Origin: Verrucomicrobiota bacterium
GTDB lineage: Bacteria > Verrucomicrobiota > Lentisphaeria > Lentisphaerales > Lentisphaeraceae
Assembly: GCA_039798785.1 (NCBI GenBank)
Contig: JBDKFG010000014.1
Span: 15,372-79,371, forward strand
DNA: 64,000 nucleotides
Reading direction: 5' to 3'
The notes under the pieces are model-generated. The model did no database searches and was not told the origin of the DNA. It saw only the letters and a program-made list of their open reading frames with translations. A program made the translations under genes and the position numbers. Below are positions 51,266-61,094 of the stretch, piece by piece. How positions within the stretch are numbered: position 1 is the stretch's first letter; every line of letters starts with the position of its first letter.

Positions 51266-51448
51266 GGATTTCCTGTCTTTTTTTCAACGCCTGCAATTCT
51301 ACGGCGGATGAAGCGCCGCGCAATCGCTGACGGCAGACGAATCCCGGGAAAAGCGCTGCCGCCGGAACGAATCGGTGACATGGGTGTAATATTCCCCCTG
51401 GGTGCGCGTCACAAGCTGCACCCCCAACCAATACCCGGGAGAACCGCC

Positions 51449-52231
51449 ATGGATGCAGCCGCAAAATCCGCCTTCCTCGCCCGCCTTGCCGCCGCAGCGA
51501 TCTTCAGCCTGCCCGCCGCCCTCCAGGCCAAGGAAATCGCCGAACGACAGGCGCCCTGCGCCCCGGTCAAGATCGACGACTTCGCCAAGCAATGGTCCGC
51601 CGCGCCGCTGGTTCTGGTGATCTGCGGCGACGCCGCCGACGGCAGCGCGATGCGCGCCGAGCTGAACGGCCCCGCAGCTGCGGCGCAAGGGCTCAAATCC
51701 TGTGCCGGCGCCTTCCCCTGCGCCTTCGTCCCCCCGGGACAAGCAGGCATCGCCGGCGAACTCAAGTCCGGCCAGGTCCTGCTGCTCAGCCCTGATGGCA
51801 AGACCAAGCTCGACTGCGGCCCGCTGCAGCGCCAGAAGGACGAATCCTACGGAGCCTGCCTCATCCGCCTTCTCAACTCCGAAGGGCGCCTCGCCCAGGC
51901 CTGGCGAGAGCGCCGTCCGGACCCCTCCCTGCAGAAAGAGATGAAGGAACAGGTCGCAGCCCTGGGCGGCGCCGCACGGCAACGTCGCGAAGCCCGCAAA
52001 TGGCTGACGGAACACCTCGGAGACGCCGGCCCGATGCTGCTCGCTTCCATCAACGACGAAGACCCGGAGACCGCAGCCTCGGCCCGCGAGATCCTCGCAA
52101 GCGCCTCGAGCCGCGACATCAGCGGCCTGCCCGCCTTGATCCAGCGCGGCAACATGGACCCCCGCATCGCCTGCGGCATGGCCCGCATCTCGCCCCTCGC
52201 CGGAATCTATCTTAATCGCCGCAAGGCTTGA
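51449..52231 (+). CDS. Secreted hypothetical protein, Cys-containing, C-terminal HEAT-like helix pair
   Basis: GGGAG RBS; signal peptide ending ALQA. Confidence 0.7.
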   Translation: MDAAAKSAFLARLAAAAIFSLPAALQAKEIAERQAPCAPVKIDDFAKQWSAAPLVLVICGDAADGSAMRAELNGPAAAAQGLKSCAGAFPCAFVPPGQAGIAGELKSGQVLLLSPDGKTKLDCGPLQRQKDESYGACLIRLLNSEGRLAQAWRERRPDPSLQKEMKEQVAALGGAARQRREARKWLTEHLGDAGPMLLASINDEDPETAASAREILASASSRDISGLPALIQRGNMDPRIACGMARISPLAGIYLNRRKA

Positions 52232-52250
52232 GCCCCTCGGAGACTTTTTC

Positions 52251-53273
52251 ATGCTGGTGCCGCTCCTCTGCCTCTTCGTCTTCACCGCCGGCCCCGAAGC
52301 AGAGCCGGCGCCACGCAACGCCGCAAAAAGCGCCGTCTTCGATCCGGCGGCGGCTGCGAAGGCCGGCCAAGGCACAGCCTTCTTCAAGGCCTACGCCGAA
52401 CTGAGAAGCAAGGCCGACCCGAAGGCGGCCGCCCTGATGGCGGAGGCGGTCAGCGACCGGATGCAGCGCATCGATCCCGGCAGCCTCGAGAGAGCCGTTC
52501 CCCTGGCCGAAAAATTCCGGGTCGCCGCCGAAAAGGCCGGTGAAGATCAGTATGCCGGATGCCTGGTGGTCGATCTCGAAGCCATCGACCCCAACGACCC
52601 GATGGCCGCCTCGATGAGCTACATCCTCTGCCCCGGAGAAGACGGCAAGCTCCGCGTCGTCGACGTCGTCGGCCCGGGCGGAAGCTTCTCCGCCTCCTGC
52701 GCCCAGGACGCCCTGCAAGGATTGAAACAGCTGTTCCGCGAACTCAAGCAGATCAGCGACCAGGAGGGCAGCGCCTTCTTTCCCGAAAAGGCCGGCAGCG
52801 AGCGGATCAACGCCTTCGGCCGTGAAATCGGCCTCCACTACGCCGGCAGCCTCGGCCTCGAAGCCGCCGGAGAGTCGAAACTCCTGGCCGCCACCGCCGA
52901 GCCGGTGAACGGCCTCCGAGTCGTTCTCTTCCACGATTCGAAACTCGCCGTCCTGCGCGAGCAGGTCTTCGCCGAATTGGCGAAAAAACAGGGCTTCAAG
53001 CATCTCGGCGTCAAGGCACCTGCTCTCGAGCCCGCCCTCGAAGCGGAAGTCCTGCGCCTGGTCGCCGAGCTCTCCTCCGACAAGCCCAAGCTGCGCAGCC
53101 AGGCCCGCCGCAGCCTGATCGCCAAAGGCCGCCAGATCCTGCCGCGCCTCCGCCAGATCCCGCCGCCCGAAGACGTCGAAACGCGCGAGGCTCTCAAGGA
53201 GATCCAGGAAGCCATCCTGCCGGCGCCCAAACCCCTGCCGCCTGACAACGACGCCGATTTCATCGAATTGTGA
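52251..53273 (+). CDS. Secreted hypothetical protein with C-terminal HEAT-like motif
   Basis: Hydrophobic N-terminus; LVAELSSDKPKLRSQARRSL...EDVETREAL. Confidence 0.72.
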   Translation: MLVPLLCLFVFTAGPEAEPAPRNAAKSAVFDPAAAAKAGQGTAFFKAYAELRSKADPKAAALMAEAVSDRMQRIDPGSLERAVPLAEKFRVAAEKAGEDQYAGCLVVDLEAIDPNDPMAASMSYILCPGEDGKLRVVDVVGPGGSFSASCAQDALQGLKQLFRELKQISDQEGSAFFPEKAGSERINAFGREIGLHYAGSLGLEAAGESKLLAATAEPVNGLRVVLFHDSKLAVLREQVFAELAKKQGFKHLGVKAPALEPALEAEVLRLVAELSSDKPKLRSQARRSLIAKGRQILPRLRQIPPPEDVETREALKEIQEAILPAPKPLPPDNDADFIEL

Positions 53274-53287
53274 AAAGGAGAACCCCG

Positions 53288-54007
53288 ATGCACCGCCTTC
53301 TTCTCCTGCTCTTCCTGACCTTCGGCTGCGCCGCTGCCCCCATACCGCGCAACCTGCTCACCGAGAAATCCGCCTGGGTTCTGCGCTGCGCCCCGTCGGA
53401 CGCCGCCAAGCCGGGCTTTGTTTTCACTCCCGAAGGCACCTGGATCCTCGACACCCAAGGCCGCAAGGATCATGGCTATCTCTTCCTCGAGCACCAAGAG
53501 GAGTTCGGCGACTTCGACGCTGAATTGCGCTTCCGCGCCGATGCCTCGCGCAGCGGCAATTCCGGCCTGCAATTCCGCTCCCGATGGAATCCCGCCGACG
53601 GCAAGGCCGGCTGGATGAACGGACCTCAGATCGACATCCATCCGCCCGGCCCCTGGCGCATCGGCTTCCTCTACGACGAAACCCGCGGAGCTCAGCGCTG
53701 GATTTGCCCCTCGCGCAAGAACTGGGTGCTCGAAGAGCAGCCTCGCGCCCCCGGCTGGGTCTTTCACGACGCGGCAAAAGACCCCTCGGCTTGCAACACT
53801 CTGCGGCTTGTCTGCCGCGGAACCCGGATTCAGACTTGGCTCAACGGAGCGCCGGTCAGCGATTACGAAGGCAAAGGAATCCTCGATGACGAAGCTCACG
53901 CCAAGGCTGGCACCGGCCTTCGCGGCCGCTTTGCCCTGCAGATCCACGCCGACGACGACGTCAAGCTGGAATTCATCTCCCTGAAGCTCCTTCCTCCGAC
54001 GCCCTGA
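53288..54007 (+). CDS. DUF1080 (3-keto-disaccharide hydrolase family) secreted protein
   Basis: GYLFL..EFGDFDAELRF, GNSGLQFRS, GPQIDI, TWLNG, GRFALQIH. Confidence 0.9.
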   Translation: MHRLLLLLFLTFGCAAAPIPRNLLTEKSAWVLRCAPSDAAKPGFVFTPEGTWILDTQGRKDHGYLFLEHQEEFGDFDAELRFRADASRSGNSGLQFRSRWNPADGKAGWMNGPQIDIHPPGPWRIGFLYDETRGAQRWICPSRKNWVLEEQPRAPGWVFHDAAKDPSACNTLRLVCRGTRIQTWLNGAPVSDYEGKGILDDEAHAKAGTGLRGRFALQIHADDDVKLEFISLKLLPPTP

Positions 54008-54091
54008 CTTGCCGAAATCTTCGCGACCGCCAGGCTCTGTCGCCAGAACAGCGCAACGTCGCTATATTCCGGGCTTCAGGAAACCCAGATC

Positions 54092-55792
54092 ATGCACGAA
54101 GAGCTCGTTCCCATCGTCTCCGGACGCGTCAACATCGCCCAGTATCTGCGCCGCCAGGCCGAGGATCAGCCGCACAAGCGCGCCCTGATCCTGCCGCGAG
54201 GACACCAGAAGGATGGCGCCGCCCTGTCTCAGTCCTACACATTCGCCCAGATCGAAGAGATCTCCGGCAACCGGGCACGCGCCCTCGCCACCCTCGGCGT
54301 CCAGCGCGGCCAGCGCGTCCTCGTCGCCATCCGCCCAGGCATCGACCTGATTTCGATCAGCTTCGCCCTCTTCAAGCTCGGCGCCGCGCCGGTCTTCATC
54401 GACCCCGGCATGGGCAAGGAGGGCCTGCTCAATTGCATCCGCCAGGCCCGCGCTGCGGCAATCATCGGCGGCACCCCTGCGATGCTCTTCGCCCTCTCCC
54501 GCCGCAAGGACTTCGGCGGCTGCGAACTCTTCATCTCCACCGGCCGCACTCCCCTTCCCGGCGTAAAACGGCTGAAAATGGTCAAGATCGCCGCCGGCGA
54601 CCACTCCGTCGCCGACACCCAGGCCAGCGACGTCGCCGCCATTCTCTTCACCAGCGGCAGCACCGGCCCGGCCAAAGGCGTCGTCTACACCCACGGCATC
54701 TTCGCCCACCAGACGGAAATGATCCGCAAGGCCTACGGCGTCACGACGCAGGACGTCGACATGAGCGTCTTCCCGCTCTTTGCCCTTTTTGCCATTTGTA
54801 TGGGCATGCCTTCGGTGGTCCCTCGCATCGATTTCTCTCATCCCGGCAAGGTCGATCCCGAGCCTTTGGTGCAACTGATGAACGACTACGGCGTCAGCTT
54901 CAGCTTCGGCTCGCCAGCCTTCTGGACCCGCGTCGCCGAGTGGTGCGAAGCCCATGAACGCAGCCTGCCCTCCGTCCGCGCCCTGGTCATGGCCGGCTGC
55001 AGCGTCCCGGCCGACCTGCACCGCCGCTTCTTCGACGGCCTCCTGCCGGCCGGCGCCGACATCTTCGTCCCTTACGGCGCCACCGAAGCCCTGCCCCTGT
55101 GCTCCTTCAAAGGATCGGAAGTGCTGCGCTACGCCGCCGCCAAATCCCTCGCCGGCGCCGGCACCTGCGTCGGCAGCGTCATCTCCGACAAGCTGGCGGT
55201 GAAGATCATCCGGATCAGCGACGAGGCCCAGCCCGAGTGGGACGACAGCCTGGTCCTGCCCGACGGCGAGATCGGCGAAGTGGTCTGCCGCGGCCCGGTG
55301 GTCACCCAGGAATATTTCGAGTCCGAAGCCGCCAACGCCAAATCGAAAATCCGCGATGGCCGCCGCATCTGGCACCGCATGGGCGACCTCGGCTACCTCG
55401 ACGCCAACGGACTCCTGTGGTTCTGCGGACGCAAGAACGAGCGCCTCGAGACCAGCTCCGGCCTGCTTTGCACCGACAGCGTCGAGAACGTCTTCAATTA
55501 TGATGACGACGTCCGCCGCAGCGCCTTGGTCGGCATCGGCCCCCGCGGCCAGCAGCGCCCGGTACTGATCGTCCAGCCGAAGGATTCCAACCTGCTGCGC
55601 GATCCGATCCGCCTCGAAACCCTGCGCCAGGAACTCCTCGTCCTAGGTGCCGCCTGCCCCGGCTCCGCCTTGGTGCGCACCATTCTCTTCAAGGAGGACT
55701 TCCCTCTCGACGTCCGCCACAACGCCAAGATCAAGCGCGACATCCTGGCGAAATGGGCCGCCGAGCAATTGTCGAAGAGCACGACGAAATAA
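54092..55792 (+). CDS. oleC: OleC-like adenylating enzyme (beta-lactone synthetase/fatty acid-CoA ligase family)
   Basis: NIAQYL, LFKLGAAPVFIDPGMG, ILFTSGSTGPAKGVVYTH, PYGATEALP, WHRMGDLGY, FPLDVRHNAKI. Confidence 0.8.
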   Translation: MHEELVPIVSGRVNIAQYLRRQAEDQPHKRALILPRGHQKDGAALSQSYTFAQIEEISGNRARALATLGVQRGQRVLVAIRPGIDLISISFALFKLGAAPVFIDPGMGKEGLLNCIRQARAAAIIGGTPAMLFALSRRKDFGGCELFISTGRTPLPGVKRLKMVKIAAGDHSVADTQASDVAAILFTSGSTGPAKGVVYTHGIFAHQTEMIRKAYGVTTQDVDMSVFPLFALFAICMGMPSVVPRIDFSHPGKVDPEPLVQLMNDYGVSFSFGSPAFWTRVAEWCEAHERSLPSVRALVMAGCSVPADLHRRFFDGLLPAGADIFVPYGATEALPLCSFKGSEVLRYAAAKSLAGAGTCVGSVISDKLAVKIIRISDEAQPEWDDSLVLPDGEIGEVVCRGPVVTQEYFESEAANAKSKIRDGRRIWHRMGDLGYLDANGLLWFCGRKNERLETSSGLLCTDSVENVFNYDDDVRRSALVGIGPRGQQRPVLIVQPKDSNLLRDPIRLETLRQELLVLGAACPGSALVRTILFKEDFPLDVRHNAKIKRDILAKWAAEQLSKSTTK

Positions 55793-55802
55793 GCGAGTTC
55801 TC

Positions 55803-55831
55803 CCTGGGAGCGCGCCAGCCCTCTGGCGCTG
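55803..55831 (+). repeat. REP-like element, 29 bp (copy 1)
   Basis: CCTGGGAGCGCGCCAGCCCTCTGGCGCTG, identical to 56450-56478; GGAG plus hairpin. Confidence 0.88.
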
Positions 55832-55922
55832 TGGCTTGGTTGATTCTGGCGGTGTCAACCTCTTGCAGTTAAACTGAAATTTGCTAAGATGGTTTTTGTT
55901 CATCAATTAAGAAGGAAAGTCG

Positions 55923-56417
55923 ATGTCTAACTCCGCAGTCGGCATTTTCATTTTCATCACCGCCGTATTCCTGTTCATTTATGGCTCCGTGAAGTACGAT
56001 GGATCAATGAATCTATCTCGCCGCAAGGAAGGTGTTTGTCACTTCCAGATGAGTCAGCTTTATCAAGCGGTCAAAAGTTATTTTGCAGAGCATCCTGCAG
56101 TGACACGATTCCCTGCCGGCTCAGAGGCCTCAGGCATCTTGACAGCCGTCACTGCCGAATACTGGGGTATGGACTCCGACAGTCTTGAGTGCCGAGCCGC
56201 GCGCGAGGATGCACCTGTCATTCGCACTTATGAATGGAACCCGCGTATTGCTGGTGGCTTGTTCGCTGACTGGAATCATGCTCATTCGCCAATTTTCTGT
56301 GACAGCATGCCGCATCAGTATCACTATGGAGAATATCTCTGGAGAAAAGAGCGTCGGCGCTACACGGTTTTATATGGCGATGGTCATTATGAATACGCCG
56401 ATAAAAAACCTTGGTAG
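55923..56417 (+). CDS. Low-GC pilin-like hypothetical protein with C-terminal H-X9-DG-like motif
   Basis: N-terminal TM helix, CHFQMSQLYQAVKSY, C-terminal YTVLYGDGH. Confidence 0.7.
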   Translation: MSNSAVGIFIFITAVFLFIYGSVKYDGSMNLSRRKEGVCHFQMSQLYQAVKSYFAEHPAVTRFPAGSEASGILTAVTAEYWGMDSDSLECRAAREDAPVIRTYEWNPRIAGGLFADWNHAHSPIFCDSMPHQYHYGEYLWRKERRRYTVLYGDGHYEYADKKPW

Positions 56418-56449
56418 GCATAAGCTCTTCACTCTTCACTCCAAGGCTG

Positions 56450-56478
56450 CCTGGGAGCGCGCCAGCCCTCTGGCGCTG
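56450..56478 (+). repeat. REP-like element, 29 bp (copy 2)
   Basis: Identical to 55803-55831. Confidence 0.88.
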
Positions 56479-56491
56479 CTGCTCGAATCAT

Positions 56492-56526
56492 AAAAACCGC
56501 CGATGCGTGAACGCATCGGCGGTTTT
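56492..56526. terminator. Bidirectional intrinsic terminator
   Basis: AAAACCGCCGATGCGT-ga-ACGCATCGGCGGTTTT between convergent genes. Confidence 0.88.
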
Positions 56527-56539
56527 ACCTTTGACTCGA

Positions 56540-57037
56540 TCAATCCGCCAGGATATCACGCAGGGCCTGCATGCCGAAGTCGAGGTGGTTCGAGGCGTTG
56601 TTGCTGAGCACTTCGTTTTTGCGGGTGTTTTTGCCGGCTTCCATCGCTTCGCCGACCTGCATCAGGAGCTGGGCGGTGCAGCCGAGGGAGAGGAGCAGCG
56701 ATTCGACGTCTTCACAGGCGTCGACGCCGGCGGCAATCGCGTCTTCATCGAGCTCCTTGTTGCCGCCGAGAGACTTCTTCAGCTCCTTCAGGCATTCCTT
56801 GGTCTCCTCCTCCTCTTCGTGGTTGGAGTAGACGCTGAGCAGCAGCTCCATCACCAGGTTGTGCGCCGCATCGGCGTCCTCTTCCTTGTCGGTCTCCATC
56901 GCCGCGAGATAGCGGTCTTCGACGGCGAGAAGGAAGATGCCGAAATCCTCGGCGGTGACCAACATCGCGGAGAGATCGGGCTCTTGGCCGGCGAGAAGGC
57001 TGTCGATGGCGGTCTGGATCGGGTCGGGCTGGCTCAT
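56540..57037 (-). CDS. Acidic helical hypothetical protein (165 aa)
   Basis: AAGGA RBS before MSQPDPIQ; host codon usage; terminator downstream. Confidence 0.78.
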   Translation of the reverse strand: MSQPDPIQTAIDSLLAGQEPDLSAMLVTAEDFGIFLLAVEDRYLAAMETDKEEDADAAHNLVMELLLSVYSNHEEEEETKECLKELKKSLGGNKELDEDAIAAGVDACEDVESLLLSLGCTAQLLMQVGEAMEAGKNTRKNEVLSNNASNHLDFGMQALRDILAD

Positions 57038-57097
57038 GGTCGTTCCTTGGGGCTGGTTTTGCGGATCACAGTGTAGCTCCAGAAAGCGGCTTTGCCT

Positions 57098-57180
57098 CAT
57101 GCGACCCATGCGACCCATGCGACCCATGCGACCCATGCGACCCATGCGACCCATGCGACCCATGCGACCCATGCGACCCA
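57098..57180. repeat. Perfect 9-bp tandem repeat (CATGCGACC)x9
   Basis: Seen directly; lies between divergent genes. Confidence 0.95.
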
Positions 57181-57418
57181 GTGTTACCGCGCCGCCAAGT
57201 TGCGGAAGTCGCAAGATCGGCATTGCCGATTGAAACCTCGGCAGCGTCCGAACCCCGTTGCCCCCGGCACAATTTCCGGTGGAATTGACAGCCACCGTTA
57301 AGGTCGGCGTATTTTCTGTTGAATCTGATAAATGACGATGAGGACTGCAGTCTTGTGAGCTTGCGGGTTTGCGGCGATATATACACATGACAAAAACCAA
57401 GCCCACAAGGAAATTGCC

Positions 57419-60400
57419 ATGAGCACCCTCGATGTCAGCGCCGCCAAGGCCCTTCTCGCCACCGTCACCGGAAAATCCCTGAGCTCCGACGAGCGCGCCA
57501 AGAAGGCCGTCGAGCTGGCCGGCATCATGCTGGTCGAAGCCGACAAGATCCAGACTTCGGAAGAGAAGAAGATCGCCGCCCAGCTCGGCCGCATGGTCGA
57601 AGACCCCAAGGGCAAGCAGTTCACCGCCGCGATGACCGACGAATGCTTCCGCTCCGAGCGCCCGGCCCGCGTCGCCGACCAGATCAACTTCCTCCTCGAA
57701 AAACACGGCGTGCCGCAGTTTCTCGACCTCCCCGCCCGCCTCCAGATGCAGGTCTTCAAACTGATCGGCAAGCCCTTCGCCAATCAGCTCATCCCGGTGG
57801 TCAAATCCCTCATCCGCAAAGAAACCGCCAAGGTCATCCTCGACGGCAAGCCCGCCGTCCTCGAGAAGCACATCAGCAAGCGCAAGCTCGAAGGCGTCAC
57901 CACAAACCTTAACCACCTCGGCGAGGCCATCCTCGGCGAAGAAGAGGCGCTGCACCGCTTCGAGACCTATCTCGCCGACCTGAAGAAGCCCAGCGTCGAG
58001 TACATCTCGATCAAGATCACCACCATCTTCTCGCAGCTCAACCTGCTCGCCTGGGACCGCTCCATCGACATCCTCGCCGAGCGCCTGCGCAAGCTCTACC
58101 GCGCCGCCATGGAGAACCAGTTCACCCACCCGGTCACCGGCGTCAAGAGCAACAAGTTCGTCAACCTCGACATGGAGGAGTACCGCGACCTCCGCCTCAC
58201 CACCGACCTCTTCAAGAAGGTCCTGTCCGAGCCGGAGTTCCTCAGCTACAAGGGCGGCATCGTCCTGCAGGCCTACCTGCCCGACGCCTACGCCTTCCTG
58301 CTCGAGCTGACCGAGTGGTCGAAGCAGCGCCGCGCCAAGGGCGGCGCGCCGATCAAGGTCCGCGTCGTCAAGGGCGCCAACATGGCGATGGAGCAGTTCG
58401 AGGCCTCGGCCCGCGGCTGGGAGCAGGCCCCCTACAGCCGCAAGATCGAGTCCGACGCCAACTACCGCAAGATGCTGCTCTACGGCACCCACAAGGAGAA
58501 CGCCGAAGCGGTCAACCTCGGCATCGCCAGCCACAATCTCTTCGACCTCGCCCACGCCCTCATCCTGGTCGAAGAGCGCGGCATCAAGGACTGCGTCCAG
58601 TTCGAGATGCTCGAAGGCATGGCCGAGCACATCCGCCAGGTGGTCCAGGCCCTCGCCTCGGGCATGGTGCTCTACTGCCCCGCCGCCGAAGCCCACGAGT
58701 TCCAGTCCGCCATCGCTTATCTGATCCGCCGCCTCGACGAAAACACCGCCGCCGAGAACTTCCTCCGCCACAGCTTCGACCTGCACGCCGGCAACGCCGC
58801 CTTCCAGCAGCAGACCGCCTTCTTCCTCGAGGGCCTCAAGCTCGCCGACAGCATCTACAACGCTCCGCGCCGCACCCAGGACCGCACCAAGGCGCCGGTC
58901 CACCCCGATCCCAAGGGCCCCTTCCAGAACGAGGCTGACACCGACTTCGCCCTGCCCGCCAACCGCAGCTGGGCGCGCAAGATCTATGAAGCCGCGATCT
59001 CCGCCCGCGACGTCGAAGTGCCCCTGGTCATCAAGGGCCAGGAAGTCCAGACCGGCAAGACCCGCGCCGGCCACAACCCCTCGCGCAACCAGAGCTTCTA
59101 CAAGGTCCAGCTCGCCGAAGGCGCCGAGATCGAGGCCGCCCTCGCCGCCGCCCAGGAAGGCTTCGGCGAATGGTCGAAGACCAGCGTCGAACAGCGCTGC
59201 GAACTGCTCCTCTCCTGCGCCCGCATCCTCCGCGAACGCCGCGGCGAGCTGATCAAGACGATGATGCTCGACACCGGCAAGATCCTCATCGAGGCCGACG
59301 TCGAAGTCTCGGAAGCGATCGACTTCTGCGAATACTACGCCCGCAGCCTGCGCGACTGGTCCTCCGAAGCCTCGCTCAAGCTCGAAGGCCGCGGCGTCGT
59401 CCTGGTCACCCCGCCCTGGAACTTCCCCTGCGCCATCCCCCTCGGCGGCGTCGTCGCCGCCCTCGCCGCCGGCAACAGCGTCATCTTCAAGCCCGCCCCC
59501 GAGTCCTGCCTCACCGGCTGGGAGACCTTCAAGTGCCTGCGCGACGCCGGCCTGCCCGCCGGTGCCGTCCAGTTCATCAACTGCGAAGATGACCCGCACG
59601 GCTCCAGCTTGATCAAGGACCCCCGCGTCACCGCCGTCATCCTCACCGGCGCCACCGAAACCGCCCAGCTCTTCCTCAAGATGCGCCCCGACCTCGACCT
59701 CGCAGCCGAAACCGGCGGCAAGAACTCGATCATCGTCACCGACATGGCCGACCGCGACCTGGCGATCTCCGACATCGTCGCCTCCGCCTTCGGCCACGGC
59801 GGCCAGAAGTGCTCCGCCTGCTCCCTCGTCATCCTCGAAGCCGCGGTCTACGACGACCCCAAGTTCCGCCAGGCCCTGAAGGACGCCGCCAGCTCGCTCA
59901 AGGTCGGCTCGGCCCTCGACCCGGCGACCAAGGTCAACCCCCTCGTCAACCCGCCCCGCGGCAAGCTGCTGCAGGCCCTGACCAAGCTCGAAGAGGGCGA
60001 ATCCTGGCTGCTCGAACCGAAGCAGGACGCCGGCAACCCGCACCTCTGGTCGCCCGGCATCAAGCTCGGCGTCAAGCCGGGCGGCTTCACCTTCACCACC
60101 GAGTTCTTCGGACCCGTCCTCGGTCTCGTCCGCGCCGACAGCCTCGAGCACGCCATCGAGCTGCAGAACTCCTCTCCCTTCGGCCTCACCGGCGGCGTCC
60201 ACACCCTCGACCGCCGCGAACAGGACCTGTGGATCAGCAAGGCGCAGGTCGGCAACGCTTACCTCAACCGCTCGATCACCGGCGCCATCGTCCAGCGCCA
60301 GCCCTTCGGCGGCTACAAGAACTCGGCCTTCGGACGCGGCCTGCAGGCCGGCGGCCCGAACTACCTGGTGCAGTTCATGAAGGTCAACGAAACCGCCCTG

Positions 60401-60994
60401 CCCAAGGCCAGCGGCATCATCCCCGCCGAAGTCGCCCCGCTCCGCGGCCTGCTCTTCAGCCAGGACCCCGAAGGCACCGCGACCTTCGATGCCGCCATCC
60501 CCTCGTACGTTGAAGCCGCCGCCGCCGCCAAGGCCTTCAAGGATCCCTCGAAGATCACCGGCCAGCACAACTACTCGCGCTACGCCCCCTACTCGAAGGT
60601 CTTCCTGATGGTCCGCCCCGAGGACAAGGCTCTCGACGTCTACCGCTCGGTCGCCTGCGCCCTGGTCTGCGGCACCTCGCTCGAAGTGGTCGCCACCGCT
60701 GCCGACATCGCCCGCCTCAAGCTGAGCGAGATCCGCGCCGCCGGCGTGGTCATCCGCAGCGTCAGTGGCGACGACGAGGCGAAGAAGCTGCTTTGCGATT
60801 CCAGCAAGGCCCGCTTCCGCCTGATCTCCAAGGTCGACGCCTCCTGGCAGACCGCCGCCGCGACCAGCTTCTGCTGGCTGCAGGCCCTGCCGGTCTACTC
60901 GCTCGGCCGCCTCGAGATCCTCCACTACCTCCGCGCCATGTCGGTCAGCGACAACTTCCACCGCTACGGCAACACCTCCAACGCCAAGTTCTGA
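57419..60994 (+). CDS. putA: Bifunctional proline dehydrogenase / P5C dehydrogenase
   Basis: NLNHLGEAILGE, NLDMEEY, IVLQAYL, RVVKGA, FEMLEGM, YLIRRLDEN; PPWNFP, AETGGKN, GQKCSACS, EFFGPVL; no N-terminal RHH domain. Confidence 0.96.
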   Translation: MSTLDVSAAKALLATVTGKSLSSDERAKKAVELAGIMLVEADKIQTSEEKKIAAQLGRMVEDPKGKQFTAAMTDECFRSERPARVADQINFLLEKHGVPQFLDLPARLQMQVFKLIGKPFANQLIPVVKSLIRKETAKVILDGKPAVLEKHISKRKLEGVTTNLNHLGEAILGEEEALHRFETYLADLKKPSVEYISIKITTIFSQLNLLAWDRSIDILAERLRKLYRAAMENQFTHPVTGVKSNKFVNLDMEEYRDLRLTTDLFKKVLSEPEFLSYKGGIVLQAYLPDAYAFLLELTEWSKQRRAKGGAPIKVRVVKGANMAMEQFEASARGWEQAPYSRKIESDANYRKMLLYGTHKENAEAVNLGIASHNLFDLAHALILVEERGIKDCVQFEMLEGMAEHIRQVVQALASGMVLYCPAAEAHEFQSAIAYLIRRLDENTAAENFLRHSFDLHAGNAAFQQQTAFFLEGLKLADSIYNAPRRTQDRTKAPVHPDPKGPFQNEADTDFALPANRSWARKIYEAAISARDVEVPLVIKGQEVQTGKTRAGHNPSRNQSFYKVQLAEGAEIEAALAAAQEGFGEWSKTSVEQRCELLLSCARILRERRGELIKTMMLDTGKILIEADVEVSEAIDFCEYYARSLRDWSSEASLKLEGRGVVLVTPPWNFPCAIPLGGVVAALAAGNSVIFKPAPESCLTGWETFKCLRDAGLPAGAVQFINCEDDPHGSSLIKDPRVTAVILTGATETAQLFLKMRPDLDLAAETGGKNSIIVTDMADRDLAISDIVASAFGHGGQKCSACSLVILEAAVYDDPKFRQALKDAASSLKVGSALDPATKVNPLVNPPRGKLLQALTKLEEGESWLLEPKQDAGNPHLWSPGIKLGVKPGGFTFTTEFFGPVLGLVRADSLEHAIELQNSSPFGLTGGVHTLDRREQDLWISKAQVGNAYLNRSITGAIVQRQPFGGYKNSAFGRGLQAGGPNYLVQFMKVNETALPKASGIIPAEVAPLRGLLFSQDPEGTATFDAAIPSYVEAAAAAKAFKDPSKITGQHNYSRYAPYSKVFLMVRPEDKALDVYRSVACALVCGTSLEVVATAADIARLKLSEIRAAGVVIRSVSGDDEAKKLLCDSSKARFRLISKVDASWQTAAATSFCWLQALPVYSLGRLEILHYLRAMSVSDNFHRYGNTSNAKF

Positions 60995-61013
60995 GAGATT
61001 CAAGTCCAGATGG

Positions 61014-61051
61014 AAGCAAGCGGGGTCGCCGAAAGGTGGCCCCGCTTGCTT
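61014..61051 (+). terminator. Long GAAA-capped hairpin after putA
   Basis: AAGCAAGCGGGGTCGCC-gaaa-GGTGGCCCCGCTTGCTT. Confidence 0.7.
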
Positions 61052-61067
61052 GCAGCGACAGGAACAC

Positions 61068-61094
61068 ACCGGCTGGAAGCTGGTCCTCCCAAGG
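61068..61094 (-). repeat. REP-like element
   Basis: Reverse complement CCTTGGGAGGACCAGCTTCCAGCCGGT resembles the 62874/62946 pair. Confidence 0.65.

Noticed and set aside
57092..57301. (HAT)n / (GSH)n / (MRP)n repeat peptides
   Set aside because: Translations of a 9-bp tandem repeat that is open in all frames; no RBS or other support
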